Assembly: GCA_013239625.1 (NCBI GenBank)
Contig: MU054187.1
Location: 8,094,358-8,158,357 of the forward strand
Length of the DNA: 64,000 bases
Source: Lama guanicoe
Taxonomy: Eukaryota
Direction of reading: 5' to 3'
How positions within the stretch are numbered: position 1 is the first letter of the stretch; the number at the start of each line of letters is the position of its first letter. Below the pieces are notes generated by a model, which was not told the origin of the DNA, searched no databases, and saw only the letters and a list, made by a program, of their open reading frames with translations. Below are positions 1-12,682 of the stretch, piece by piece. The translations under genes were made by a program, and so were the position numbers.

Positions 1-2226
1 GAAATCTCCTTATATTCGATTTTTAAGGATAAAAATAGGAGCCATTAACTTAGATCAAACAATGTGGAATAGAGTTAGGAGAGAAACCAAGGCTCTATTT
101 CACCATTTTTTCATTTTTCAAAATCATATAGTCTATAAATATTCCATTTGGCTTAAAAAAGGTGATTATTTCTTTCTACTCAACTTCCATACTACTTTTT
201 GTGGAAAAAGTAATTTTTCCACTACAGACTTCTGTACAGATTTCTGGGGCCTATTTTTTAAGGAGGCACAAAATAACTTTATTTAATGAGAATTTGTTTA
301 ATCATCCCCAGTGTAAGGCCTAAATCTTGGGTTATGTGACAGAAAAAAAATACTGAAGAATGGTTCTCCAAATTCTAAGAATATGAAAGTTTTCAGTCCA
401 TCTAAGAGATAAGAGATCCAAGTAGAAATGAATGGGAAAATACGGTAAATGTGGCTGAGCTTTTGCCAGAATAAACCCAAAGGAAAACAAAGGAGAAATA
501 ATCATAGACGTTTCAGCACTGGAAGGGATTTATAAAAATCATCTAGCCACTTGCCCAGAATAGAAACTTTATTATTGCAGACAGCTGCATGAACAGTAGT
601 CCTGACTCTTGGTAGGTACTCAGTGGTAAATATGTGTTGAATGAATGAATAAGTAAACAGATTTTTTTTTGGTATGGTCATTTACTTGTCTTCATTTGCC
701 ATCCTTTTATTTATTTGAGGCTATGAGTACATTAACTAATTCTTCCTTTGAAAGCTGCCAAATTTTTCCCCCTTAATTCTTAACTTGGAGCATCCATTCT
801 TTTTTTTTTCCCCCACGTAGGAGCACTTTGGTATATAACATTCCAGAGAGTTTTAAAAGGTTAAATATCAGCCCAAACAAGACAGGCATGGCCACCACCT
901 CATTTATCTTTTAAAAATAAAACTAGTATAATTCAATAAATCAGTTTCATTAATAGCATCTTAAGTGAATCTCTCTTTTGGAATTATCTTCTTGATCTCT
1001 TACTCCCAATGATTTTACTTGGTAAGTCAAATCTGTACCAAGTTCCATCTTGGAATAACAAATCAGAATTTTAAAATACTTTTAGTAGAACAACATGCTA
1101 GGGTATCTGGAAGTGGACCACATAACCTCTAGCTTGCTGTATCTTTTAACTGCTCTTATTCTGAGCTGAATGTTCTTCTGCATGTTATGCTGGTTACAAA
1201 GAACTGAAGGTGAAGAGGAAAAATAGCAAAGGGCCTCCTTGAGAAAGAACAGAGGAGAAAATTAACTAAGGAAAATCAAAAATAAGAATTACATAGAAAA
1301 AAAACAATTACAAAGTCATTAGTGTTGCCTTACTACGAGTCGAAGTTTTAAAAAAATAGCGAATACTTCATACTTCTGTAAATAAATGCATAGCAGGATC
1401 CTATTCTGGCAGACCCGAAATATGGGGTAAGTAATTAACCTTCAGGCTGTCAGAACTGATACACAGTCATCATCATTGTATCTCCAGTGGTATAAACCCC
1501 AAAGGAAAACATAATTCTTGTTGCTGTCACTCTCATTTGTGGCCCCAAATCTCACAAAGTTTTTTTCTGCTCCTTTTTCAATGCAGAATGCTGCCTATGA
1601 AATTGATTTTTGTAGAATAATAAGCCAGCTGAAATGTCTTCTGAATGATAACATTTCCAAGTCCAGATTTAGGTATCACATCATTGCATACTGAAATGCA
1701 ATTCGTATGTTCTACCGATCAGTTGAGACATTTTCTAAATTCTTATGGCTGGTTGACATACATTCAAAATAATTATCATGGGATTCTTAGTAACTGAACA
1801 CTAAACTGATAACTGACATCCAGCATATAAAAGTTATGCATTTTAGGCATCAATTCTCACCATACGTATTTCTCAGCTTTAAATGATTAAAAAAAAATTA
1901 TAAATCCCCAAATTATCTTTATAAATTTGCTCTTCACACTGGGTATAGAGAGGGTTGAATAAATAAAATCCCAATATTTACTGGGAATAAATCATTAATT
2001 GTCTGGGCAAGAACTATAAGACGTTTATGTTGTTTGTTTAATATACACAATCAAACTATGAGATGAACATTTTTCTCTATAAACTCCGTGAATTTTCTTA
2101 GTACTCATTTTCTTCATTTAAACTAACTTCTTGATCCAATTGTGATCCTTTCATATACATGCATAGAGACATGCTGCTATTAGTTACATTAAGATTACTA
2201 GCACAATCCTTATGGCTTTGTCTTAC

Positions 2227-2252
2227 CCATTAATACATTCATAGTGATTAAA
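2227..2252 (-). other. Candidate 26-nt microexon
   Basis: Minus strand reads ttttttgtgctgatttattttag|TTTAATCACTATGAATGTATTAATGG|gtaaga. There is a UGC near the 3' splice site and a TGCATG about 65 nt downstream. Motif evidence only. Confidence 0.25.
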
Positions 2253-4884
2253 CTAAAATAAATCAGCACAAAAAAGCTTTACTTCTTAGGACAAATGTGT
2301 CCACCTCGCAGAATCGATAATGTATCGTTACTATGTCTAACAGGCTTTCTGCCTAAAGACTGGTTCTACCACCTCTTTTCAAAAAAAGCATATGAAAGGT
2401 TATTTGTTCATTTTTCATTAAAATATTTAAGTCTAGCATTGCTTCTTTTATTAAGTTGCATTCCATTTTAAGATACTTGAGACACAACGATCCCACCAAA
2501 GTACACAGAACCATAGCAGAAAGTGAAGGTTTAGTAACAAATGCAACATGGAAAATTATTTTAAGATTTTAGATAACAGTCAACATTTAAAAATTTTTAT
2601 TTCTTCTTTGGAAGATAACAAGAGCCACATATTTGATTCGAAAAATGATTTGAGGGTAAGAAAAGGCTTGTTTTATCTTGCCTAGTAATAGATTTTTTTT
2701 CTTTTGCTGAATTCTCTGCGTGAATAACAAGAGTGGCAGCCATTTTCTCCCAGCTCAACATCAAAACCCCTTTCATCTGCTGTCTAAATGCAAACAAAGC
2801 AAACCTTCCACCAGGCCTTTCTTTCCAGATAAATTAAAACTCTCATGTCCTGGGGCCTAAATCAAGCCTACAGGCCTTCCCTAGATAAATCCGCTCTCAA
2901 CCTGAAATCTTCTTGCCACACGTGCTCCTTGTAAGATAATTTTGCAGTAGCTAATCAATAATGCAACAGTAAATTGCATTTAAATAAACATTAGCAGCCC
3001 CTCTTAATGAATAAAACCTCATCTGCAATTTGTCAAAGTCAGAAATACTGGACTCTTTTGATATTCATTGGAATATTGGAAATTGGAGCTTTGACAGGTT
3101 TTATGTACATTGCAATTACCATTGTGTGTGTGTGTGTGCACTAAAAAAAGGCTTATTTTTATATATTCTGGACTGAATATAGTGGAACGTACAGCAGGTT
3201 TCTAGACTGGAATTCATATGTCTGCTACCACCCTGGTTAAAAATATATTGAGATAATCCTGCTTTCCATTGCAAATTATGAGGCAACCAAGTTGTATGTA
3301 CCTCATTTGAATTTTCTGACTTTAGATGGAAAAAAAGTAGAAATCTTTACTCTGAAATGATGATGAGAAGGAAAAATACTTGATTTGGTATTAAGTATAT
3401 CATTATTTTTGTATTTTGCTGAAGAAAGTCATTATTATTAAGGACTTCTGAAATAATTATAGAAATTAAGAATCATTGACTTTCAGATCCAATGTTTTTA
3501 ATTTATAAAAATCCTTTTCTAAAAATATCCAGTTTTATGTAGATTATGTTATAACAGGCTTTATGAGCACAATTCCTTGACAGTCACTTCTATTATTCAA
3601 CAGAATGCTTACTTTAGAAAAGTAAATGGCTATTATTTTTCAAATGCTTTAAAAGGACTAAACAAAACATTAGGACATATCTTTGACCATAATCTGTGAG
3701 AAAGGATGTAAGACTACATTTGTGTGGGGGGTCACATTTTGAGCTGCTCTGTAATTTTTTTAACAAAAATCCAAATTTAATATAATTTCCTGGATCCTAG
3801 GTGTATTATATTTTAGAGGTCCAAACTAGAACACTCACTTCTAGACAAAATTAATGCCACTTGAAAACTATGAAAATAAATAATGCTCTCTATTTTATAG
3901 GAATTTCAAAGCATTTAGTGTGGGAACAAAATGGGAAAATACTATGATATAAAGATTTGCTTGAAAAAGGAGGCTATTTTGTTGGAATATTATTAGAATT
4001 AAAGCCTTTTTTAATTGATATATTCTCTACATAATGTCATTGGAGTAGAAAAAGGAATTATCATCTTTTACAGATGGAAAATTTGAGTATCCAAGTACTA
4101 CCTGTCAATCAGTCAGGGCTACACCCAAGAACCAATGTTCAACGTACCCAGTCAGTTTCTATGCCATTTCCCCAGTTCACATACCAAATGGACATTCAAA
4201 GATGTCACCAAAATAGGCTGACAAAGAAAAATTAAGGCTGAGAATGCATAGATAAATCAATAGGGTCGTTTTGTTTTGACCCCTTAAAAACACCCTTTGA
4301 AATATTCACACTTTCATACATCTAATCATTGGTAAGGACATCTCTAAATGACATGTTCAAAAAGATTTAATTTAAACATGAGAAAATGATTAGTGTTCTA
4401 ATTTGTTAACCTTTCTATCTGCCTCAACTCACAGTGACAGGTATTCTAATGTACACCACAGAGACCCCAGTGGCATTCGATATGCCAGGCATCAAGAGGC
4501 ATGCCTATTGCAAGCACCAGGCGTCAGGGGAGCATCTGCTAATGTTTATCACACTCAAAGTTTAAGGGTAAATGGAGATGCAAAACCAAGACCTTACCCT
4601 GGGAAAAGGTTATGAGCTAATCAAAAGTTTAGGCCTTGCTCCAATTAGTTGTGTCCTTACCTTTTAGAGAAAGAACATGGATGGAATGACACCACAAAGC
4701 CCAAAATTTTGAAGCGCCATTCAAAACTACATTAAAATAACTTAGAAAGTCACTGCAAAGTCAAAAAGGGACAAAATAGCTAGGAATATTCTGACCCTTG
4801 ATTATTGAGAATGGAAGTAACTTTAAAAATTTATACTTCAGTCAAAAAAATTGTAAACTTAATATTGTTTTAAAAACACAGGTT

Positions 4885-6048
4885 TTAAATGTAAGGGATA
4901 AAATTATAAACCTTTAGAAACATAGAAGTACATTTTCATGACCTTGAGTTAGGCGAGTGTTTTCTTAAATATGACAACAAAAGCACAAACAAGAAAAAAT
5001 AGATAAATTTGACTTCATCAAATTAAAAACCTCTGGGTGTCAAAGACACCATTAAGAAAATTAAAGGAACCCATAGAATGGAAGAAAATATTTATATATT
5101 TTATATCTGATAAGGGGCTTGTAACCAGAACACATAAAGGACACTTACAACTCAACAATAAAAAGACAAATAAGCTAGGTTAAATATAGGTAAAAGATTT
5201 GAATAGACAGTTCTTCAAAGAAGATATACAAATGGCCAATAAGCACATGAAGAAATCATCAACGTCACTTGTCATCAGGGAAATGCACAACAAAACCACA
5301 AGCTAATAGTCCTTCATGCTTACCAGTTTGGCTATAATCGAAAAGACAATGACGTGTTCACAAGGGTTTAGAGAAACTGGAATCCTCATACATGCTGGTC
5401 AAAATGTAAAATGGTCCAGCTCCTGTGGACTTTATTTTTGAAAATTCCTCAAAAAGTTAAACCCAGAGTTACCATATGACCCAGAAATTCCACTCCTAGA
5501 CGTATACCCAAAAGAAGTGAGACCATGTGTCCACGTAAAAACTTGTACACAGATATTCAGAGCAGCATTATTCAAGATGGCCAAAAAGTGGAAACAACCA
5601 AATGTCCATCAACTAATGAATGGGTAAACAAAGTGTTTCTTATCCAACTACAGAATAGTACTCAACAATAAAAAGGAATGAAGTATTGATACATGCTACA
5701 AGAATGAATCTTCAATAGGTTATGCTAAAGTGAATACAGCCAGTCACACACACACACACACACACACAAAACCACATATTGTACAATTCTGTTTATATGA
5801 AACTTGCAGAACAGGCAAACCCACACAGATGGAAAGTAGATTACTGGTTGTCAGGGGCTAAACAGAGGGAGAAACAAGAGTGACTATTAATGGGAACAGG
5901 GTTTCTTTAGGGAATGGTGAAAATATTCTAAAATTAGATGGCTGCAATGGTTGAACAACTGTGCATATCCTAAAAATCACTGAATTGTAGATTTATAAAA
6001 GGGTGGATTTTATGGTATGTGAAGGACATCTCAATAAAGCCATTATTA
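4885..6048 (+). mobile_element. LINE-1 (L1MB-type) 5'-truncated copy: ORF2 C-terminal remnant plus 3' UTR
   Basis: Typical L1 motifs: gaagatatacaaatggccaataagcacatgaa, ttaccatatgacccagaaattccactcctag, tggaaacaaccaaatgtccatcaac. The 3' UTR ends ...ttttatggtatgtgaa...ctcaataaagc. Confidence 0.93.
5745..5768 (+). repeat. (CA)12 microsatellite inside L1
   Basis: Direct reading. Confidence 0.95.
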
Positions 6049-6264
6049 AGCACACAAAGGCTTAATCGAAGTGAGAAATTAATTAGACTCAGCTCTGTTA
6101 TTCATTAGCTGGGTTATTTTGTGGATGGTGGCTTCTTATCAATAATGAATCTAGAAATCTAGAGCCCCATGATCTGGCCAATTATACAGATTCAGTAAGT
6201 AAAAATATTGCACTTAAGAGGACGAACGCAACAATCAAACTGAGGGAAACCCTGGCTGTATCAC

Positions 6265-6400
6265 TTAGACACTGTCTGCCCTTGGCCAAGTTATTAGTCT
6301 CTCTGTGCTGAAGTTTGGGGGGATAATAATAGTACCTACCTTATGAGGGTTGTCATGTCTTAACTGAGTTAACATAAGTAAAGTCCTGGGAGCATTTGAA
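6265..6400 (+). mobile_element. MIR SINE fragment
   Basis: ccttggccaagttatt...ggggataataatagtacctaccttatgagggttgtcatg matches the MIR core and 3' part. Confidence 0.85.
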
Positions 6401-7844
6401 ATATTTAGGATCGCAATAGCTAGATGCCAGAAAAGTGCTACTTTCTCAAAATTCTGCATCAATTGCCCCAGCACTGTGAATTCCAAACAGTAATTATTAG
6501 ATTATGATACTTATACTCAGTCCTGAAGACTTTTAAACTGAGACATTAGAAAGTCCTAGTTACTGCACATTTACATAAGTAAGCAAGTGATGGTTGTGTT
6601 AAGATAAGAACCACTGACGAAATCTGGCCCATCTATGGATGGCGTGTTCATACGAGCAAGAAGCCCCCGAGCAAGGATAGGAAAAAGTATGATTTAGGTA
6701 TTAAAAATCAATTTGAATCGAAAGTATTATTTTGCAATTATGTTTAAAATACTAGAATTTCCTTAAAGTTAAGTTAGTCTCAAAGCTAACTGCCTATTTC
6801 ATAGTGAGTGCTCAACAAAAATGTCTCTGAAACGTTAAAGGGTAACGCCCAAGTAATTTTTCAAAACCATTTGATTTGTTCAATTTTTTGGTCCCAAATA
6901 GATCTTGTCACTGTACTTTGGTGAAACCATTTTGATAATTAGCTTTTAGACTACAAAATATTTTCATGTACTGTAAGTATTAATGATATGAATAAAAAGC
7001 TTTTATTAAGTTATTCCCCCTAATGAGGGGGGAAAAAAGTACAGGAAGGCAGAGAAAACTGATGACAATCATGTGGTCTGTAAGTGGCAAGGTCGGGAAT
7101 CAAAACAGCATCTCTCAAATCCTAGGCCGAAGTTCTCTCTGTTGTACCAGTGGATCCCCCAAAACAAAACCATGTAACAAAACCCAGCAGTTTCATGGTT
7201 CACCCACCACATGACGGTAAATGTCTTTCTAGTAAATCTGTTGAAATACAATAAAGACAAAATGCTATGTAAATTTAGTAGCATTCTTAAATTAACGGTA
7301 TTTTATTAAGCACATCAGTATCTATATATATTTGAAAAAAATAATTAATTGAGCAGAGTAGGTTAGCACGGCTACAGCTCATTCAAAACTCTCCTTAGAC
7401 TTCTCTCACAATTTTCACCATCCACTCTTCATGCTACAGAACTGATGATCCATTTGCTGTTTGGGGATTGGTCTGCCTTTTAGAGGCACTGTCAGCAGTT
7501 AGTTACCTTTGAAACAGCTCAAGCACAAAGGCAGCTTGGGCTATTGCTTTTAATCACCAATACCAATTCTTAATGCACCAGGAGGGAATTTCAGAGTTCA
7601 GAAGGCCAGCCAGGCTAGTTGTGTGAAGCCTAAAATGAGGCCAGGGTATGGTATTTCCTCTGGGATTTGGGCTGAACATTTTCATTTGTGGCCCCCAAAT
7701 GACTCCTAGCCTAGAAGATACCTAAGGATTGACTGAGCAGTTCAACAGGGAAGGAAAGAAACATTTCCATTAAACATTCACCATAGCTGGTGATCATATA
7801 CCTTTTGTGATATGAGTTAGGCATGGCTAAGGGAAAACAATCTT

Positions 7845-7952
7845 AGTGGATTTCAGTGATTTTTCTCCAATGGCACAGTCATTATAAACAGAACCAGGAT
7901 TCTAACCAACCCAGCTCTAAATCCTATGGCCTTTCTACTATACCATGCTGCT
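7845..7952 (-). mobile_element. MIR SINE fragment
   Basis: cagaaccaggattctaacc...ctttctactataccatgctgc resembles the reverse complement of the MIR 5' end. Confidence 0.6.
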
Positions 7953-8149
7953 CATCAACAAATCCACCCACAAGGCTCTTTAGGGAACGAATGGGGTAAC
8001 TTTCTAAGCCTACCCACAGTCCTCCTAAATCGAAGCCAGCCTGAAGTCACAGTTGGGTGACTTCAATAAGGGTATATAACTAATTCTTCCTAGAGCAAGG
8101 AAGAGAATCCCCCGAGGATCGTCAAGGATAGATTACAGAATTCTGCTGA

Positions 8150-8255
8150 GAGTTAAAGACTTGGCCTCCTGCACTGAGTTCAATAATTGAATGTCTTGGA
8201 TGAACTCACTTGACTTTGGGGTGCTGCAGTTTTCCCAACTATGAAATGAGAATTA
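8150..8255 (+). mobile_element. MIR SINE fragment
   Basis: tcttggatgaactcacttgac...cagttttcccaactatgaaatgag resembles the MIR core. Confidence 0.55.
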
Positions 8256-11200
8256 CCAAATGAAAAATTTGGACCTTCAAACCTTTGCTAAGTAATACAC
8301 AGAAGCTTCTCTGTATGAAATTTCATAAATATCTGAACTTTAAAGAGAACTGTAAGGCAATGAAAAGCAGATTAGCATGGCCTAAATTTTGGAGAAGAGC
8401 AACATTTTAAAATTTGGCTTAAAGGTAAGGACTTTCTGTTCTAGGGTACTAGAATTAATTTCTCCTTTGGACTAAGCTGCTTTATTCCTCTAATCCAAAT
8501 TAAAACAATGACATATTTTATACAGTTCAATTACCAAGAAGAAAATAAAAATTGTAACCAAAAATGGTATATATTTATCACGCCTTAACTAAGAGAGTTA
8601 TTATTTCTGCAAATGTTATATCACACTTAGAGATACACATTTTGAAGTTTAAATTCTTCAATAGGAGCAACTTCAAATATACGATATAGAAAATGGTAAA
8701 TCGCATTCAGTTCCTGATGGACTCAGCACTTTATAATATTGGTTTCTGTAGAAATGGAATCAATAATAAATAATCTCAGAACTAAGAAAAGGACAGCTAA
8801 TGCATAGGTGGTCCCAGAAGAGCAGGCTATACATATCCCCCCTTAGTAAATTAACTTCATCATCCTTTGTTTTATGGGGGAGAAGGGAGCTTTTCTCCTA
8901 TCTGTTTGATTTTCTTTCATGAGGATATTTACCAATTGCTTTGCCTAGAAATTACTACATAGAGTAATTTTAGTTGTACTTGGGGCTAGCTACTAATGAA
9001 TCGACATGGCTACTGAGTGACAAGACGAAAGGATTATCCGTGCAAATGTTACATTCTCAAATAGAATATTTTAAAATATACTATCTGTCTATTTCTTATA
9101 AAACACTGTTATACATGGTAATTAGAAATTACTGAGATTCAGGTAATTTTTCGAACATAGAGTTTCTGAGGGCATTGAGTATGTTGTGTAGACCTGGGTT
9201 CACGTCAACCACCAGATCTCTTGGTGAATGCACTTAAATGCTGCCTCAAGGATGCCTTCTTGCTCAAGTTTTTCCATTCCAAATATAACCCCTTTTACAG
9301 GCACTTGGTGACCAGAGTTCTTGGTAGAGGGCAAAACAGTGTCTGGGGATCTCACTGGAGCCTTCAGGGAACAGCTGGGGAGGCTCTGGCCATGAAATGG
9401 AGAGGAGCAGCTGGCCGCTCTTCCTTCCCCTTTGTTGATTTTTTTTTTTTTCCTGTGCAGGGTGACATCCCCTCCCTCACATCACCCTTCTCTTGAAATC
9501 CTTTCTAATCCGCTTTCATAATACCCAGCTCTTGGGTGGGACAGAACTTTTCTACCCCACCACAAGCACCAACAGGAGCCAGGAACTCTGCTTCTACCTT
9601 GTTAAATTAAAAAAAAAAAAAAAAGGAAATGCTCTGACATTTATGCACACAAACTGCCATGGACTAGCCTGATGATTCTAAAATCCTTTCTATAGGTTTT
9701 ATACATCGTGTATAAGCTTCCTTTCCTCCATTTATCTCACCTGCCCTTAAAATCTCCAGATAGATAAATGTGGAATTTAGAAAGTAAAAATGATGAAAGC
9801 ATTTTTATAAGAAATCAAACACTGTTCTTCTTGGAAAACATTCTAAATTAATTCAATAATCAGTTAAAAAAGAAAAGGAGGCCACTTATGGGGATTCATT
9901 TTGAAAATAATTGCTATTTTTTTTTCTATTTTCTAATACATATCACTCTGAAAACTTTTTGAACAGAGTTCTGCGAAGCATTCTTATTTTACATTAGGCA
10001 GGATCACTCTTCATTACTGATATTGCTAGTGAATTACTCACTAGCCAAATATGTTGTCAAGGAATTGGTATCTATTAAATATATCTTTGTAATAGTACGC
10101 ATTCTCCTTTAGGGTTAGGAGAATGTTTATTTATTTATGCAGGATCTCTCAGTGCAGATGGGACATCCCTTTTCAAGGATTCTCTTGCATAGTGATGATG
10201 AGAAAACAAAATTAAAAACAACCAGCACACAGAATGATGGCTTCTCTTTTTTAACACTGGGTACAGCCTATTATGCCTTTTCTTTTTCAATTTCCAAAAA
10301 AAATATTGGGAATATAAGAAAAACTACAACTAAAGAGACTATTCAATGAGAAAAGTTTGACCTTTGATTAAATTGCTTCACCTCGCTGGACCTCAGTTTT
10401 CCTCACATGAGAAATAGTTGGCCTTAACTCAATACGAATACGGAAACGTGTCTCTATATGTAATTAATATAGCATTTGAGATGGTCTTGCACAACACTTG
10501 AATGATAATGTACTAAAATTTTAAAGACATTTGTAATTTAGGAGAGTTCAAGCAAGTTCGCAGCTTCAGGGAAGCTTCTGTATAATATTTCCAAGAGGGA
10601 ATTAGGGTGGGGGATCCATTGCTTTCCCTGGCTGTTAAAGGGATGGATCTGCTCTCATCTGCAGCAGTGGAGTCCCACGCCTGTGCAAGATATGGATTTG
10701 CAGATCTGCATTACAATGTCTTACACATGACCTTTGACAGTCTATTAGGATGTCTTTGGAATTAGGCCCATAGAACAAAGATATGGTTCCTAATTTATTC
10801 ATTGCTTTAAAAAAAAAAAGAGAGAGAAAGAAAAAAATCTTTGGATTGTAGAGAGCTCTAGAAATTATTTCGAATCAGATATTCTTTTTTATCTTTAACA
10901 ATGGTTTCTCCTTGAACCATAAGCTTTCGTGTACCTAGGATGTCCTGAGGTTACCAGGATACAAAATTTCCCCTAAGCCAATTAGAACTCCCAATCCTGA
11001 TTAACTGAAAGAGGTCAGATACTAACAGCTTTCTTTCTCTAGTGCTACAAACACCTTAACAAATACATATGTTTACTTTTACAGAACCATACGTTTGCTT
11101 ATGTCATTAAGTAAATTTATTATAATTCCAATAGGAAAGAACTGCAAAAAGAGGTTTTCCTTTATCTAAATATAGAGTAAAAATGAAAAGCGGGGAATGT

Positions 11201-11426
11201 TTCTTTGTTCTTCTAAGATTTAGTGCGTTTGTTCTTAATATAAAGGTATAAATGGGCAATGTTCTTTTACAAGGTTTAAATAAGGTTTTTAAATTATCTG
11301 TGAATATAAATATTATGATATGCTTGTATAATTCTGCATAGTTGTCAAAATAGGATATTTCATACAGTAAACAATAAAAATGTAAGCTATTAAGAGAGTT
11401 AAAATCCACCACGCTTTCGAGAATAC

Positions 11427-12130
11427 CTTCACAAACATACAAGCAAGATGATGACATCTTAGCGATGGGACACGTCTGCCTGCATCGACAAGCCGGAGGT
11501 CCTGAGCCTTCCGCAGAAGGGTCTTGCTAAGTTAACTTCAAGGCTTCCCAAGGTGCTTCAGTCACTTCACTGATTGTCTCTCTTTTTTTTTTTCTCCCCC
11601 TTCTCTTTTTAGCATCACAGTTTCTGAGAGGATAAGCCAGCTCTAATTGGGCACTGGAAATTCTGTTGGTACCAGCACCCAACAAGGATTAGGGAAGGTG
11701 TCAGTGAAAGAAAAAAAGAAAAGATTAAAATAGACAAACTGAATTTCTTAAAATAAGGAGGCTATATCTCTTCTGTGAATCAATTAAGAACAAGGTGGAG
11801 AGTGTTGTGGATGACTTGCTTAGGCCAATGAACAAAAAAACAAGGTACTGGAATGCATTCACCATCTCAGTCCTGGCCATGACGTCACATGGAGGGAGAA
11901 GACCCTCACCAGCTAGCCTGCAGACTCAGGCTTCATGACGTCAGCAGAAGGCCTCGAGCAATTTATAGCATTTTGTTTACGCTGGAGCCATTTGATATGT
12001 ATTAATACATGCAGCGGCAGCTGTCTCTTTTACAAGACAAGTGTGCTCACAGGAGCTCTCTCCCCCAAACTGAGAACATGAGCACACTCTAATAGCAAAA
12101 GAGGCAGCTGCTGTTGCATGAATTAATACG
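11427..12130 (-). promoter_or_regulatory. Candidate cAMP-responsive internal promoter or enhancer with putative first exon
   Basis: Two perfect TGACGTCA sites (11880-11887, 11936-11943), CCAAT 11825-11829 and TGTTTAC 11974-11980. Downstream on the minus strand: aagATGTCATCATCTTGCTT|gtatgt (ATG at 11457), with an alternative donor GAAG|gtattc at 11427. Confidence 0.55.
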
Positions 12131-12677
12131 TTATAAGTTACTCTCTCATTTGTTATTCTTTTTTAAAAATCCCACTCTATTTTAAAAATAAAAATGATCT
12201 AGGTTATAAAAGAAATAAAAATTATGCAGACAACTCATATGTTGGTAGATAACGATGAAAAAAATTATGTCAATTTTATTCTGTTTTTAGGGATCGATTC
12301 ATTTGTATACCAAAATAAAAAAAATTTGAAGTATTTATTATTTTCAGAATTGAGGCATCTGGTGCCTTTGAAATGCTCAAAGCAGTAAAAGAGAAGAAAA
12401 GGGGTTTCCTAATTCTAGTCCTGACACAAGACTAAGAGCAGATTTGTTCAATAGGTTATATACACAAGAGCAGAAACAGAAATTAGCATTAGTACTTTAT
12501 TTACTCCAATCACCTTCTCAACAGAAAAATACTATTTTTATAAACATTTAAATAAGTATTGAAATTGATACATAATCTACCTATGAGTTGGGAGTAGTTA
12601 AATTTAATATCCACCCTTGGAAATACTCTAAGAACTTAAGTAACTTAGTGATTCCTGACTCAGAATATAACACTTAC

Positions 12678-12682
12678 CCACA
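12678..12682 (-). other. Candidate 5-nt microexon
   Basis: ctctttgactcctttggctgcag|TGTGG|gtaagtg: good acceptor and consensus donor. Confidence 0.3.

Noticed and set aside
1413..1426. Plus-strand microexon-like motifs (ggcag|ACCCGAAATATGGG|gtaagt; a similar one ends near 37485)
   Set aside because: They lie on the opposite strand to the inferred host gene. Kept as a control showing that such motif pairs arise by chance.
4661..4752. 92-nt minus-strand exon candidate with good splice sites, open in one frame
   Set aside because: Non-3n length, no recognisable peptide, and adjacent to an L1. Indistinguishable from a pseudoexon without data.
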